A stretch of 64,000 nucleotides of DNA from Azolla caroliniana (lineage: Eukaryota > Plantae > Polypodiophyta): positions 78,738 to 142,737 of the forward strand of contig JBHGNT010000064.1 in assembly GCA_043228905.1 (NCBI GenBank). The letters are read 5' to 3'. A program made the position numbers and the translations under genes. A model generated the notes under the pieces. That model was not told the origin of the DNA. It made no database searches and saw nothing but the letters and a program-made list of their open reading frames with translations. This document shows positions 1-11,232 of this stretch, one piece after another (position 1 is the first letter of the stretch; each line of letters starts with the position of its first letter).

Positions 1-1565
1 TTGCTTTTTCTTTTTCTTTTTCTTGCCTCTTCTTCCTCGACCGGTTCCTGTTTCGTTGCCTTTTCTTCTATCTTTTTCTCATTCTTGCTTATGTTGTTAC
101 TATTACTGTTCCTTCTCCTTCATCTTCCTCTTCTTCTCGTTTTCCTTTGTTCTTCTGCTACTGCTTCATCTTTCTCTTCCAATTCATTTCTTGTTCTGCT
201 TTGCCTTTCCCGTTCTCTTCTCTACTTCTCCATTTCGGGTCTCATCGCCATCTCTATCCCTGTCTGTGAGGTCGTTTTAGTCCGCGATCCTGTCTATGTT
301 CGACACTCTGTTCCGGCAGTCACTGTCCGGCCACTATTCAGCCGCCTTCATCTCTGGCCATTTTGGTCGGTTGTTGCTTCGACCGCTCCTGTTTTGGCCA
401 CTTGTCCGATTGTTGTTTTCCTTTGTCCGGATGCTCTGGCTGTTGTTCGGCTACTATCCGGCCACTCCAACCGCTCTGACTGTTGTCCGGCTGCTCTTCA
501 GCAGTTGTCCGGCCATTCCGACCACTCTCCGGCCACTTCGATCGCTCCGGTTGCTTCGGTCTGGTCACTCTCCGACCTATCTGACCGCTCGAACTGTTGT
601 CCAGTTGTCTCCATCTTCGTCGTTGTCTGGTGTCGTCCGGTCTGGCTGCCTCCGTTCCGGCACCGTTCAGCCACTACGACCACTCTTCGGTCGCTCTCCG
701 GTCAGTGCTTCTCCAGCCTCTCGTCAGTCGCCATTCTGGTTGTTATCAACCGTTCTTCTGCTCCTATCTGGCCACACCGGCTTCTCTTTTGCCTTTGTGC
801 GGCCACTCCGGCCGCTCATCCTGATGCCTGTCTGTTGTCTTTTGGCTGTGCGTCTGGTCCGTCTTCTCGGTCATCTGTCCGGTTCTTTCCTACCCATTTT
901 CAGTTGTGTCGCTTGAGTCTGTATGCTTCCTTTTCGCCCGTCCATTCTTCTCTGTCTGTGCTTGTGCAGTCTAGCTTGTCTGGTTGCCTCGTTTTGTTTT
1001 GATATTGTGTAGTCAGTCGTCCATGTCTTTTGGGCGTTGTCAGTTTTTCTGGCCGTCAATGTCTTGTCAACGACAACGTCTCCTTCTATGTATACGTTGG
1101 CCCTTCTATGTTAACCAACTTTGGGTCTGGTTCTGATTCCGGTTCTGACTCTCTCTGTGTTGCTTCGTTTAGAACCATCTCTCGTGCATTTTAGCACATT
1201 TTGCCGGCCTCCGCTCCACACATTGCGTCTTCCACTGTAGTCTCCGGGTGGGCTTCTCTTTCCGGTCGTGCTGGCGCCGGTTCCCTCTGCGTCGCTGTTT
1301 GTCCAGCCGTGCATCTTGCAATACGCATTCGAAACACACACATACGCATTCGAAACACACACATTGTCGCTAACCGCTTTCGGAACCACGCACATTGACA
1401 CATTGACTCGCACAAAACGTTGTTTCCATTTCCGTATTCCTCCATAGACTTCCTCCAACATCTTCACCATCATTTTCACGTTTCGCCATTTCTTGCACTT
1501 AGTCGCTATGGCTTGCACATCCGCATATCATTCTTCGACTTCGTCTCCAAAGGGGGGTCGCCTTA

Positions 1566-1575
1566 GTGGTCGCCA
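1566..1575 (-). promoter_or_regulatory. PBS, tRNA-Arg(UCG)-type (TGGCGACCAC)
   Basis: Lies 5 nt inside the LTR; complementary to recalled plant tRNA-Arg(UCG) 3' end GTGGTCG-CCA; same motif at 13764-13773 and 46122-46131. Confidence 0.7.
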
Positions 1576-1580
1576 AAAGG

Positions 1581-2044
1581 TGTTATAATCCTAGGGGCCG
1601 GACAACAGCCTAACACAGGGTGTCCACTTAAGACACTTCACCAAAGGGTGGTACGACAGAATGACTTATGGCACAACGCTTAATTAGACCTTAATCGGTT
1701 ACTTAGCAATCCATAATTAACATGCGTAAGATATAACAATGAATACAGAACGGTAATCAACACTGGGAGATTAAGACAATAAGCTTTATTAATTATCCGC
1801 TCCTGATTACATTGTAACCGGGCCTTTTATAGGTCTCCGGTGCGAAATACAAAACGGTGCCAACCGGCACCTTTACGGAATCGGTCTGGATCCGGATTGG
1901 CATACCGATTCCGGTCCGTCCGTCCACATCTTCTCATATATTAATATCTATATTAAGATTACTAATTACAACAGTTCCCGAATAAACTATTCCTTTTCAC
2001 ACTCTAGTTTGGACCTCCTTAAGCCTTCTTGCCAGCCGGTAACA
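1581..2044 (-). repeat. 5' LTR of non-coding element copy 1 (464 bp)
   Basis: Minus strand reads TGTTACCGG...TATAACA with TATA box CCTATAAAA near 1830. Confidence 0.75.
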
Positions 2045-2388
2045 AGCGGATCAGCCACATCAATGTCTGGAAGCTTCACGAGCTACAGTCGGAACACGTA
2101 GTTTCCGGACTGCCGAAGTTTAGTGGCCGAAAAGGCCAAATATGTGAAGCTTGCCAGCTTGAGAAGTAGCATAGGCTTCCGTTCCCCAATCAGAAGAATC
2201 GGAGCCGAAATCGTCTTGATCTTATCCATTCGAATGTGTGGGTACCGGCACAAAACGTGAGCATCAGTGGGAGTTGGTATTTCATCTCCTTCATTGACGA
2301 TTTCACCCGGCACACTTGGATCTATCTAATTGAGAAGAAAAGCAAAGTCTTCTCATGTTTCCGGGATTTCAAGAACCTTGTTGAACGT
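2045..2388 (+). pseudogene. Ty1/copia GAG-pre-integrase and integrase N-terminal fragment (outermost host; continues at 29207)
   Basis: Degenerate RISHINVWKL and YFISFIDDFTRHTWIYL motifs; the motif VER|ETGRKIK is split across the 2389-29206 insertion. Confidence 0.8.
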
Positions 2389-2566
2389 TGTCGTGATGAT
2401 TTTCGTCCATAGTGAGAAAACCGAGCGGGATAAAGAAAATGGGGATGTGCAACGTTGCACATGCACTTGTACATTTGTATATAAAAATAAGATAAAAAAA
2501 TGTAAAGGGGAAGAGCATTAACCTAAGGTGCTAAAGGTGCTTCACGGAGTTTGTTAAGTGTAAATG

Positions 2567-3022
2567 TGTTACCCGGACCCGGACAGTCAGTTTTACTGAA
2601 CAAGTGGGAAAGCGTCGAAAACGGAGTCGGTTCGGATCGACTGTTCGGATCGATGACTCAGCAGTGAACGAAGAGAACTAAGTTAGTTAGATAATTTTGT
2701 AATTCTTGATAGTAAGTAGGAATAGTTCTTGATGAGAAAAGACCTTCGGTATACCTATAAAAGGGAACCGAAGGCATTGTAAGAAAGGTCGTTTATTTAG
2801 TAATATAAGTTTAAGTTAGGAATATCATGTACGGATTCTGTGTTCTTTCTATTGTCTATTTTGTTAAGTGCAATCTTCCTAATTTATAACTAAGTAACGA
2901 TCACGGTAATTACCGATTAATATAGTATATTTCTGTTCGTAAAACACAATTCCTTGTTAGAACGTTCAGTAGCGACGTTCACTCTTCTGTATCGGTAGTA
3001 GTTAGTAATTAGCCGATTAACA
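2567..3022 (+). repeat. 5' LTR
   Basis: TGTTACCC...TTAACA; TATA box CCTATAAAA near 2754; matches 10421-10876. Confidence 0.95.
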
Positions 3023-3033
3023 CAGAAGAAATT

Positions 3034-3045
3034 TGGCACGCCCGG
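3034..3045 (+). promoter_or_regulatory. PBS, tRNA-Arg(UCU)-type (TGGCACGCCCGG)
   Basis: 11 nt downstream of the 5' LTR; matches the recalled Tat-type Arg PBS. Confidence 0.8.
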
Positions 3046-3081
3046 TTACATCTGCAATTAAGCAGAGAACAAATCGAATGG

Positions 3082-6000
3082 ATGTCGTCTGAAGAGGAGA
3101 CACCGGTCGGTTGTAAGCGCCCTCGTACAAGGTCAGTTACGAAGGAAGTGCAGGAAGCGTTCATTGCGCAAGAACAGCCGGAATCAAGCACAAAGTGGTC
3201 GAAACTTCCTGACTTATCCGATCAATTACCTTCAGACGAAAAACAGACGAAGAGGTATCGTTTTACGACATTTGGGACGATATGCCTTATACTTATTCTA
3301 AGTTCCGGGAAGGAACAGATGCGGAAGCACATGTTAGGGATTTCTTAACGACATGGGAGAGTAACCATGGAGCTCAGCGATTGTCGGCAGATGCCGAAGA
3401 TAAGTCAAAAATCGCTGAGTTCGTCTTATCATTAGACGGATATTCCGCCAATTGGTTTGCGCAGAACGGTCTTCAAGGATTTCCATCCTTTGAAGTGTTA
3501 ACTAGTAAATTTTTACAATTATTTCATCGACAAATTCCGCAGAAGGATTTGATTGCGCAATTTTATGCGTTATATCAAGAAAAAAATGAAACAGTATCTC
3601 AGTTTGTGATACGATTTCAAAACTTACAGCTTCAGATTTCAAGGCCGATTCCGGATAATGAATTAAAAGAAGTCTTTCTAGAAGCTGTAAAAGAACCATT
3701 AAGGACGACATTGAAAGTGTTTGATTTTCGAAATCAGACTATCGAACAAGTAATTGATAAAGCAATAGAAATGGGTCGACCACCGGTCAATGTTCAGAGT
3801 ATGGACATGTCGGCATTACAACGTACATTACCAACAATAGAGGAGTTACAATTTCGTCAAGCAGTTCAATGCACCACTTGTTTAAATACGGGGCATTCGG
3901 CAATTGAATGTACGTTAAGAACACATTGTACAATATGTCATTCAAAATTACATTCAATAGAACAATGTGAATATAATCTGCTTAATAAAACTACGGCGTC
4001 AGTACGACAAATTTTTACTGACAATGGTTACCAAAATAACACTAATCTGTTCAATGGTTATCAAAATAATAATTTTTCACAAAATCAGCAAAATGTACAA
4101 CAAAATCCAACTTTTCAACAAAATCCGGTTCTACAGCCAAATCAGATCTTTTCACAACAAAATATGCAACCCACTCAAGAGACTCAAGCATTTCAACCAG
4201 GTTTTGCTCAATCCAACCCACCATTCGTACAGAATCCGAATCAATATTTTCAACAAAATAATCAAAGTTTCCAACAAGGTAACCCACCATTTCAAGGGTT
4301 TCAACAGAACTGTCCGAATGTGCAACCGAATTCTGCATTTCAACCGAATCCGGCATTTCAACCGGGTAATATGACCTTTCAACATAATACTCAAACCTTT
4401 CCACAAAATAATCAAATGTTTCAACAGAATAATTTTCCGCCAAATCAAGAGTTCGGGATAACACAAAATGTAGCACAACCAAATGATAATACCGAACAAT
4501 TTAGGCAGAATCGGTATAAAAATAAGAAATTTTACAAACCAAAAGCTACACGTCAATTCCAACAAAACCTGAGTGGTAATGAAGAGCAACAATTTAATAA
4601 CGACCAATTTGCACATGGAGAGACCGGTGGAACATTTGTACCCACTTGTTATATTTGTCGACAACTAGGCCATTATGCTAATCAATGTCTGGTTAAAGGA
4701 AAGGGTCCAGTAGTTAATATGGTAATACCGGAAGTTCAGCAAGTAACGACACGCAGCAAAAGCAAACAATCAGAATGGGAAATTCAGGAAGCAGTTCGGA
4801 AGGCGGCAAAAGAATGGGTTGACGAAGCAAATCAAAGTAATGTGAATCGAATGTTACAAGACAATAACATTGACCAGAACATCGCTGTACAACAGTCATT
4901 GGGGAATAAGGAACAGGAAGAAACTTGGAAACTGTTGGCTGATTGCCAAGTGTCATTGCCACTTACGGGCTTACTTAAGTTAGTACCAAGGTTTACAGAA
5001 AAAGTGGCAGCATTAATTGCATATAAAGGTTCCGAACAAATAGCAGTACACTACAATCAGCCAAGTAATAACCCTTCGATCATGGATGAACAGAATCCGT
5101 CGATTAAGGTAATACTTTACGGGCAAGAAATCGGAAATGTGATTATAGATGGAGGCTCGGGAGTTAATGTGATTAACAAAGCTACATGTGAAAAACTAGG
5201 AATCACGGAATGAGAAGCATGTCCATTTTGGTTACGAATGGCAGATACAAGTACGGTACGACCGATTGGTTTGCTTCGACAACTGGATGTAATAATCGGG
5301 GGACACAGTTTTCAGATTTCGGCAATAATTTTGCAGTTAGAAGCACAGGGAGCATACCCCTTGTTATTGGGGAGACCATGGTTAAAGACAGCTAATATCA
5401 AACAAAATTGGAAACAAAATGTGCTAACATTTAGGAAAGGAAAAACTAAGGTCAGGATTCCGACGCACAACAAAGTGACAACAAGCAAACAGAGTTTACC
5501 TGTACATGCAGAAGCAGTTAATATGATGGAAGGATTGGACGAGGAAGAAGAAAGTCAGTATTTTAATGATAATCAGAAAATCATCCCTCTATTTGAGGTA
5601 GATATTTTGCAAGCATTAACACCATATGTAGACTCACACGAAGAAGTGCCAATAGATGAGCAAACAATGAAAGAAATACGAATGCAACAAGAAGCTACAG
5701 ATAAGGAAATGAAGGTATCTCAGAGAGTGCAAGCCTCAGCATTAGAGGAGATCTATTTGGCAGGAGTAGAGGATGGTGAAAGAAAAACAGTCTTGATTGC
5801 TAGAGATTTGGCGGAAAATGACAAACGGACATTAACAACATTACTATTACAATATAAAGATGTTTTTGCATGGTCGTTTGACGATATGAAAGGTCTGGAT
5901 CCCGCTTTTTGTCAACATCAAATCAATTTGCATAAAGATGCAAAGCCAGTACAACAACGCAGGTACAGGTTGAATCCGAATTATGCTATCAAAGTAAAAG

Positions 6001-8588
6001 AAGAAATCGATAAACTCTTAAAAGTAGGATTTATTCGACCCGTCAAAAAATCAACATGGCTGAGTCCGAAAGTAGTAGTTCCGAAAAAGAATGGGAAAAT
6101 TCGCGTATGTGTGGATTACAGAAAATTGAATGCAGCGACAATTACGGATGCGTTTCCGTTACCATTCACAGATGGGATATTAGATGCAGTAGCTGGACAT
6201 GAAATTTATAGTTTCTTGGATGGGTTCAGTGGGTACAACCAAGTACGGATGAATCCGAAAGATCAGGAAAAGACAGCTTTTGTCACAGAATGGGGGTGTC
6301 TTTGTGGCAGTAGTAATGATGTTCGGTTTAAAAACAGCTCCAGCTACATTTCAACGGGTAATACAGGAAATATTCGGGGAATATATTCCAGCTTTCATGC
6401 AGGTGTTTTTAGATGATTTTGCGGTATATAGTCGGAAAGCTGATCATTTTGAGCATTTACGGCTATGTTTAGAAAAATGTCGAAAAGGGCGTCTTAGCTT
6501 AAATCCAGCCAAATGCGCATTCAGAGTAATGAGTGGTACGTTACTTGGGCATATTGTCAGTCAAGAAGGGATTGCAGTGGACCCGGACAAAGTTAAAGCA
6601 ATTATTGAGGCAACACCACCGACAAATGCTAAAGCTCTAAGTAGATTTTTGGGTCAAATTCGGTGGCACAGTAGAATGATTAGATATCTAGCAGACATTG
6701 CTATTCCGTTACACATAGCAGTACACAAAGTTCCTTTTATATGGACAAGTATAGAACAAGATGCATACGAATGTCTCAAGAAGATGCTGACAAAGGTTCC
6801 GGTAGTCCAACCACCGGACTGGAACAAACCATTTCATGTTTTCGTCGATGCGTCGGACATTGCCATAGGCAGTGCTTTAATGCAATTATCCGAACCAAAC
6901 TGGTATAGGCCGGTATACTATGCCAATAGGAAACTTTCGTCGGCCGAAAGAAACTATTCAACAACCGAAAGAGAAGCTTTGGGAATGATATATAGTGTGA
7001 ACAAATTTCGACATTACCTTTTGGGTAAGAAATTTACATTTCATGTGGATCATTCGGCTCTACTGTATCTAGTTTCCAAACAAGAATTGACAGGCAAGTT
7101 AGCCAGATGGACGTTATTGCTTCAAGAGTTTGAATTCGACATTATACATCGACCAGGAGCATAGCACGCGATTGCTAACTATCTCAGTCGGCTTGAATCT
7201 GGAGAAGAAGCGGTTGGTGTTAAAGATGATTTTCCAGATACTCAATTATTTCGGGTTGAGGCAGTAAAAGCACAAGAAATGAATGAGGAAAAAGAGGATG
7301 AATGGATTTCCGAAATGATGATATTTCTATCAACAGGAATTCCGGCCGAACACATGTCGACAGATGAAAGAAAAAGAATTGCAGTACGAAGTCGAAATTT
7401 TTGTTTATTTAATGACATGTTGTATCATAAAGGAGCGGATGGAATATGGCGAAGGGCAGTACGGAAATTTGAAAAATTAGCCATATTAACAGAGTCACAT
7501 TGTGGAATTGCTGGCGGTCATTACGCAGGAGAAGCAACAGCCAGAAAAATATGGAATAGCGGGTTATGGTGGCCAACGATGATGAAAGATGCTAACGAAT
7601 ACTGTAAGAAATGCGATTTGTGTCAAAGAATGGGGCAACCGACCGAAAAGGATCGAATGCCTTTTCAACCGGTTTTACCTCTTGAGCCATTTCAGAAATG
7701 GGGCTTAGATTTTGTTGGCCCATTCAAACCAGTAGCTGCAAGAACCGGTAATCGATATATCATAATTGCGACTGACTATTGCACAAAATGGGTTGAAGCA
7801 AAAGCTCTCAGAGACAATACAGCAGCATCCACAGCAAAATTCCTGTATGAAAATATATGGTGTCGATTCGGTTGCCCAATAGAATTGGTAAGCGATCAAG
7901 GCACTCATTTTATTAACAAGTTAATTCACGAATTAACCAATTATTATGCCGTAGTTCATAAGAAAAGTACGCCTTACTATCCCCAAGCTAATGGATTGGC
8001 AGAATCGACAAATAAAACAATTCAAACAATTTTAAAGAAGATAGTGAATGAAAATCGTACTGATTGGGATCAAAAGTTAAATAGTGCATTATGGGCATAT
8101 CGTACTTCGTACAAAACATCCATTAAATCAACACCTTTCCGAATGGCATTCGGACTTGAAGCTGTTATGCCGATCGAATTTCAAATTCCGACACTTCGTA
8201 TCCAAGCGACGAATAAGTTAAATGAAATAGAATTGGAGCAGATACGCAAAGAGGCTTTATTAGTATTAGAAGAAGAACGGATTCAATCAATGTCAGCACT
8301 AGAACACAAGCAGAGACAAATCAAGGCATTCGTAAATCGACATCGAAGGAAAGCGGAAGAGCAATTCGAAATTGGGAAACCGGTATTGGTATTCCAGACG
8401 AAAATGGGACTTATGCTTGGGAAACTCCGGTATAGATGGACAGATCCAGTATGGATAATTAATAGTAAAAATGGTACGTATCAGCTGGGATCATTAACCG
8501 GAGAGGTTTTACCGAAATGGGTAAATGGATTCCGGCTTAAACCGTATTTGGGAGATATGCCGGTAAACCCGTTTATTCAAACGGAAGA

Positions 8589-8592
<4 letters not shown>
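3082..8592 (+). pseudogene. gag-pol polyprotein (Gag with 3 CCHC knuckles, protease, RT, RNase H, integrase), lightly disrupted
   Basis: Motifs IIDGGSG (PR), DVFAWS/CVDYRKLN/FLDDF (RT), VDAS...EREAL (RH), HxxxxxGH...CxxC and DFVGP/SDQG (INT). Stops at 5211 and 7162; frameshifts near 3270 and 6295. Confidence 0.92.

Positions 8593-8619
<27 letters not shown>
8591..8619 (+). repeat. Poly(A) tract (29 A) starting within the pol stop codon
   Basis: Read directly from the sequence. Confidence 0.95.
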
Positions 8620-8621
<2 letters not shown>

Positions 8622-8672
8622 AACTAACTCACTCAATAGCAGTCGACAGAAAATCGACAACAAGCAGAGAAG

Positions 8673-10376
8673 ATGCCACAAAGGACAAGGGTTAAACAAA
8701 AGGCTAATCGGCAATTCCAACCAGAAAACAGTGATGAGTCAGCACCGAAAAGGCAACGCACAAAGGAAAATTCGAATACGCCTGTAGTAACAGAAGTAAT
8801 AAAACCAGGGAATGAGAGCGTTTCGACACAACTTCAACAAGGACAATCTTCAAAAGTAGCAATTCGGGAAGCACATGGGTGCCTGGATATTCCACCAGCA
8901 GCACATGAATTAGCTGCCATTTTACAGTTCGGAACTTCATACGAACTGGTTGAATGGTTGGCTAGAAGATTGACAGAAGTATCAGAACGGCTGGCTCAAG
9001 AACATCATGACCGAATAATGATACAGAAGTCCTTACGAGGAGTGTTGGAACCTCAAGAAAAAGCAGAGATAGAGAAAATCGGCCGGAAAAGAAATGCACA
9101 GAATAGAGGGGAGGCTATTGAAATGCCACCATTACATGAAGCACTGGTCGAAATTCATAGAGAATATGAAAAGGCACGCAAAGCAGCCAGTGATATGGCT
9201 GAAAGATACAAAAGTGTATCAGCATCGGCGGAGGTGCTGAAACGTCAGTTTTGTAACATACAGACAGAAAATAAAGAACTAAAAGAAATTCTAAACAAAT
9301 CGGAAACACAGGCATGACCTATGGTGTCGGAGTCAGAATGGTAGCAGAAATTGGAGGACGCCGAGAAAGCACGTCAAGCAGAAACAACAAGGGCCAACAA
9401 TGCTGTATTTCGAACTACAGAATTAGAAAAACAAATAGAAACCATTCAGAATGGCCAATACAAAGTTCTCGAAGAAAAAAATCAATTAATAAATGAATTA
9501 CAGAAAAATCTGGAAGAAGCTAAGACGGCCAATCATACATATACCGAATAAATTGAGGAATTCGAAAGGTATATAGTGTCACAGGAAAGTCAATTGACAG
9601 AAAAAGAGTGGAGTCTTGAAGAAGTCAACAGAAGAATTACGGAACAGCAGGAGGAATGGAGCAAAGAGAAATCGGCATTCGAACAACAACTGAACGAAAT
9701 CCGGAAGATATCGGAACAAAGGCGGCTGGACATATATGTAGTCGAATCCAAACTAATGCAGGCTGAAAGTGAAAACCGAGCCACCATTACGGATTTACGG
9801 AAAGAGTTGCAAGCCGCTCAATTCGACGCAAGCATCACTAAGGACAAAGTGCAGCACAGCATAGGGAAACATTGAAACCTAGCAAAGAAAATGATCGACG
9901 AATCCCTTGCGCAAGGATGGAAGTTATGGACGGCACAAGCGGCGGAATTACAGTTATTGCGTGCCGACAAAAATAACCGTCAGGTCCAAGGTGCAGGTTT
10001 TTTTAAAATGGCACAAAAGGATATTGACAATATCCAAGAGGATATCATGAAAGATATGGACGAAATTGCGGCATTTTACAGAGAAGAAATTCAACGTATT
10101 ATGCAAGAATTCGACAAAAATGATATAGGCACTTCCGTCTAGTTGGATAAAATCGAAGCCGAAAGAACCAGCAAGACTCCTGGTCTTCAAGCTCCCGGAA
10201 GAAGTGAACCAAAGCAGCCAACCGAATCACAACATTCAAAACCTGCTCCGAATGACGACTGTGACACAGATGAAGATGAAGATGAAGAGGAAGATATAGA
10301 TGGAATACATCCAAGGCCAGAAGAGCCTTCGATTTTTGATATTCTGAACGATTCGGATGAAGAGCTACAGGAATAG
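8673..10376 (+). pseudogene. Extra (third) ORF of the gypsy element, ~567-aa coiled-coil protein with acidic C-terminus
   Basis: ORF pieces at 8673, 9351, 9576, 9891 and 10143 are all in one frame, separated by point stops; E/K/Q-rich heptads; no signal peptide or TM segment seen. Confidence 0.8.
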
Positions 10377-10378
10377 GC

Positions 10379-10418
10379 GTGGGTTCGCTGGACAAGGTCC
10401 TGGCCCACGGACGTGCCA
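10379..10418 (+). other. tRNA-Arg 3'-half-like module (inverted PBS) at the PPT position
   Basis: GTGGG-TTCG-CTGGACAAGGTCCTGG-CCCAC-GGACGTG-CCA, then AG, then the 3' LTR; no purine tract. Confidence 0.8.
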
Positions 10419-10420
10419 AG

Positions 10421-10876
10421 TGTTACCCGGACCCGGACAGTCAGTTTTATCGAACAAGTGGGAAAGCGTCGAAAACGGAGTCGGTTCGGATCGACTGTTC
10501 GGATCAATGACTCAGCAGTGAACGAAGAGAACTAAGTTAGTTAGATAATTTTGTAATTCTTGATAGTAAGTAGGAATAGTTCTTGATGAGAAAAGACCTT
10601 CGGTATACCTATAAAAGGGAACCGAAGGCATTGTAAGAAAGGTCGTTTATTTAGTAATATAAGTTTAAGTTAGGAATATCATGTACGGATTTTGTGTTCT
10701 TTCTATTGTCTATTTTGTTAAGTGCAATCTTCCTAATTTATAACTAAGTAACGATCACAATAATTACTGATTAATATAGTATATTTATGTTCGTAAAACA
10801 CAATTCCTTGTTAGAACGTTGAGTAGCGACGTTCACTCTTCTGTATCGGTAGTAGTTAGTAATTAGCCAATTAACA
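10421..10876 (+). repeat. 3' LTR
   Basis: Matches 2567-3022. Confidence 0.95.
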
Positions 10877-11232
10877 AAATGTGATGTGCACTTGGTGGAC
10901 TAGATAGAGGTACGTGAAGAATAAGTGAAGGGAGTAATGGGCATTGAATAGGACGGCTAGAGGAGTGAGAGTTATGGCCAATGATCTCAAGATCGAGATC
11001 AAATATTCTCCTTTGAAAAGGAGAAGGGGGTTTGACCACTCTTGTAATGTGCCTCACCCCTTACTACGATAAAAGGGAGTGAGGGGTCACTTTGGAAGGG
11101 GTTGCCTATTTTGGGTAAGGGAGGCATACCACTTAGGTCAAGGGTTTCCTATTCGGTTTTAGGGTTTCAATTAGGTTTTCTTGTAGTCATTGGGTGCGGC
11201 CTATGGGGGGCCATGGTTGTAATGCGTGTGGT

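Larger units (their letters stand above)
1..2044 (-). mobile_element. Non-coding, non-autonomous LTR element, copy 1 (3' part runs off the window start)
   Basis: Internal region ~810-1580 is near-identical to ~45390-46136. Minus-strand PBS TGGCGACCAC at 1575-1566 adjoins LTR 1581-2044. Copia coding sequence resumes at 2045. Confidence 0.8.
2567..10876 (+). mobile_element. Full-length Ty3/gypsy non-chromovirus (Athila/Tat-related) with extra 3' ORF
   Basis: 456-bp LTRs 2567-3022 and 10421-10876 (about 10 differences by eye); TSD AAATG at 2562-2566 and 10877-10881; domain order gag-PR-RT-RH-INT. Confidence 0.95.

Noticed and set aside
1-1002. Long hydrophobic ORFs (1-1002, 12027-12953, 44190-45149) as membrane proteins
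   Set aside because: They arise from extreme A depletion on the + strand, which removes stop codons; several overlapping frames are open and the frames are not conserved between copies.
5211-5213. Programmed stop or readthrough between gag and pol
   Set aside because: The TGA falls inside the protease domain after DGGSG and is best read as a TGG-to-TGA mutation.
8673-10376. Retroviral-type envelope gene
   Set aside because: No signal peptide, transmembrane segment or cysteine pattern; the protein is charged and coiled-coil-like.
10379-10418. A real tRNA gene or SINE
   Set aside because: Only the 3' half is present, with an insertion in the T-loop and encoded CCA; no D-arm, anticodon arm, A-box or T-run terminator.
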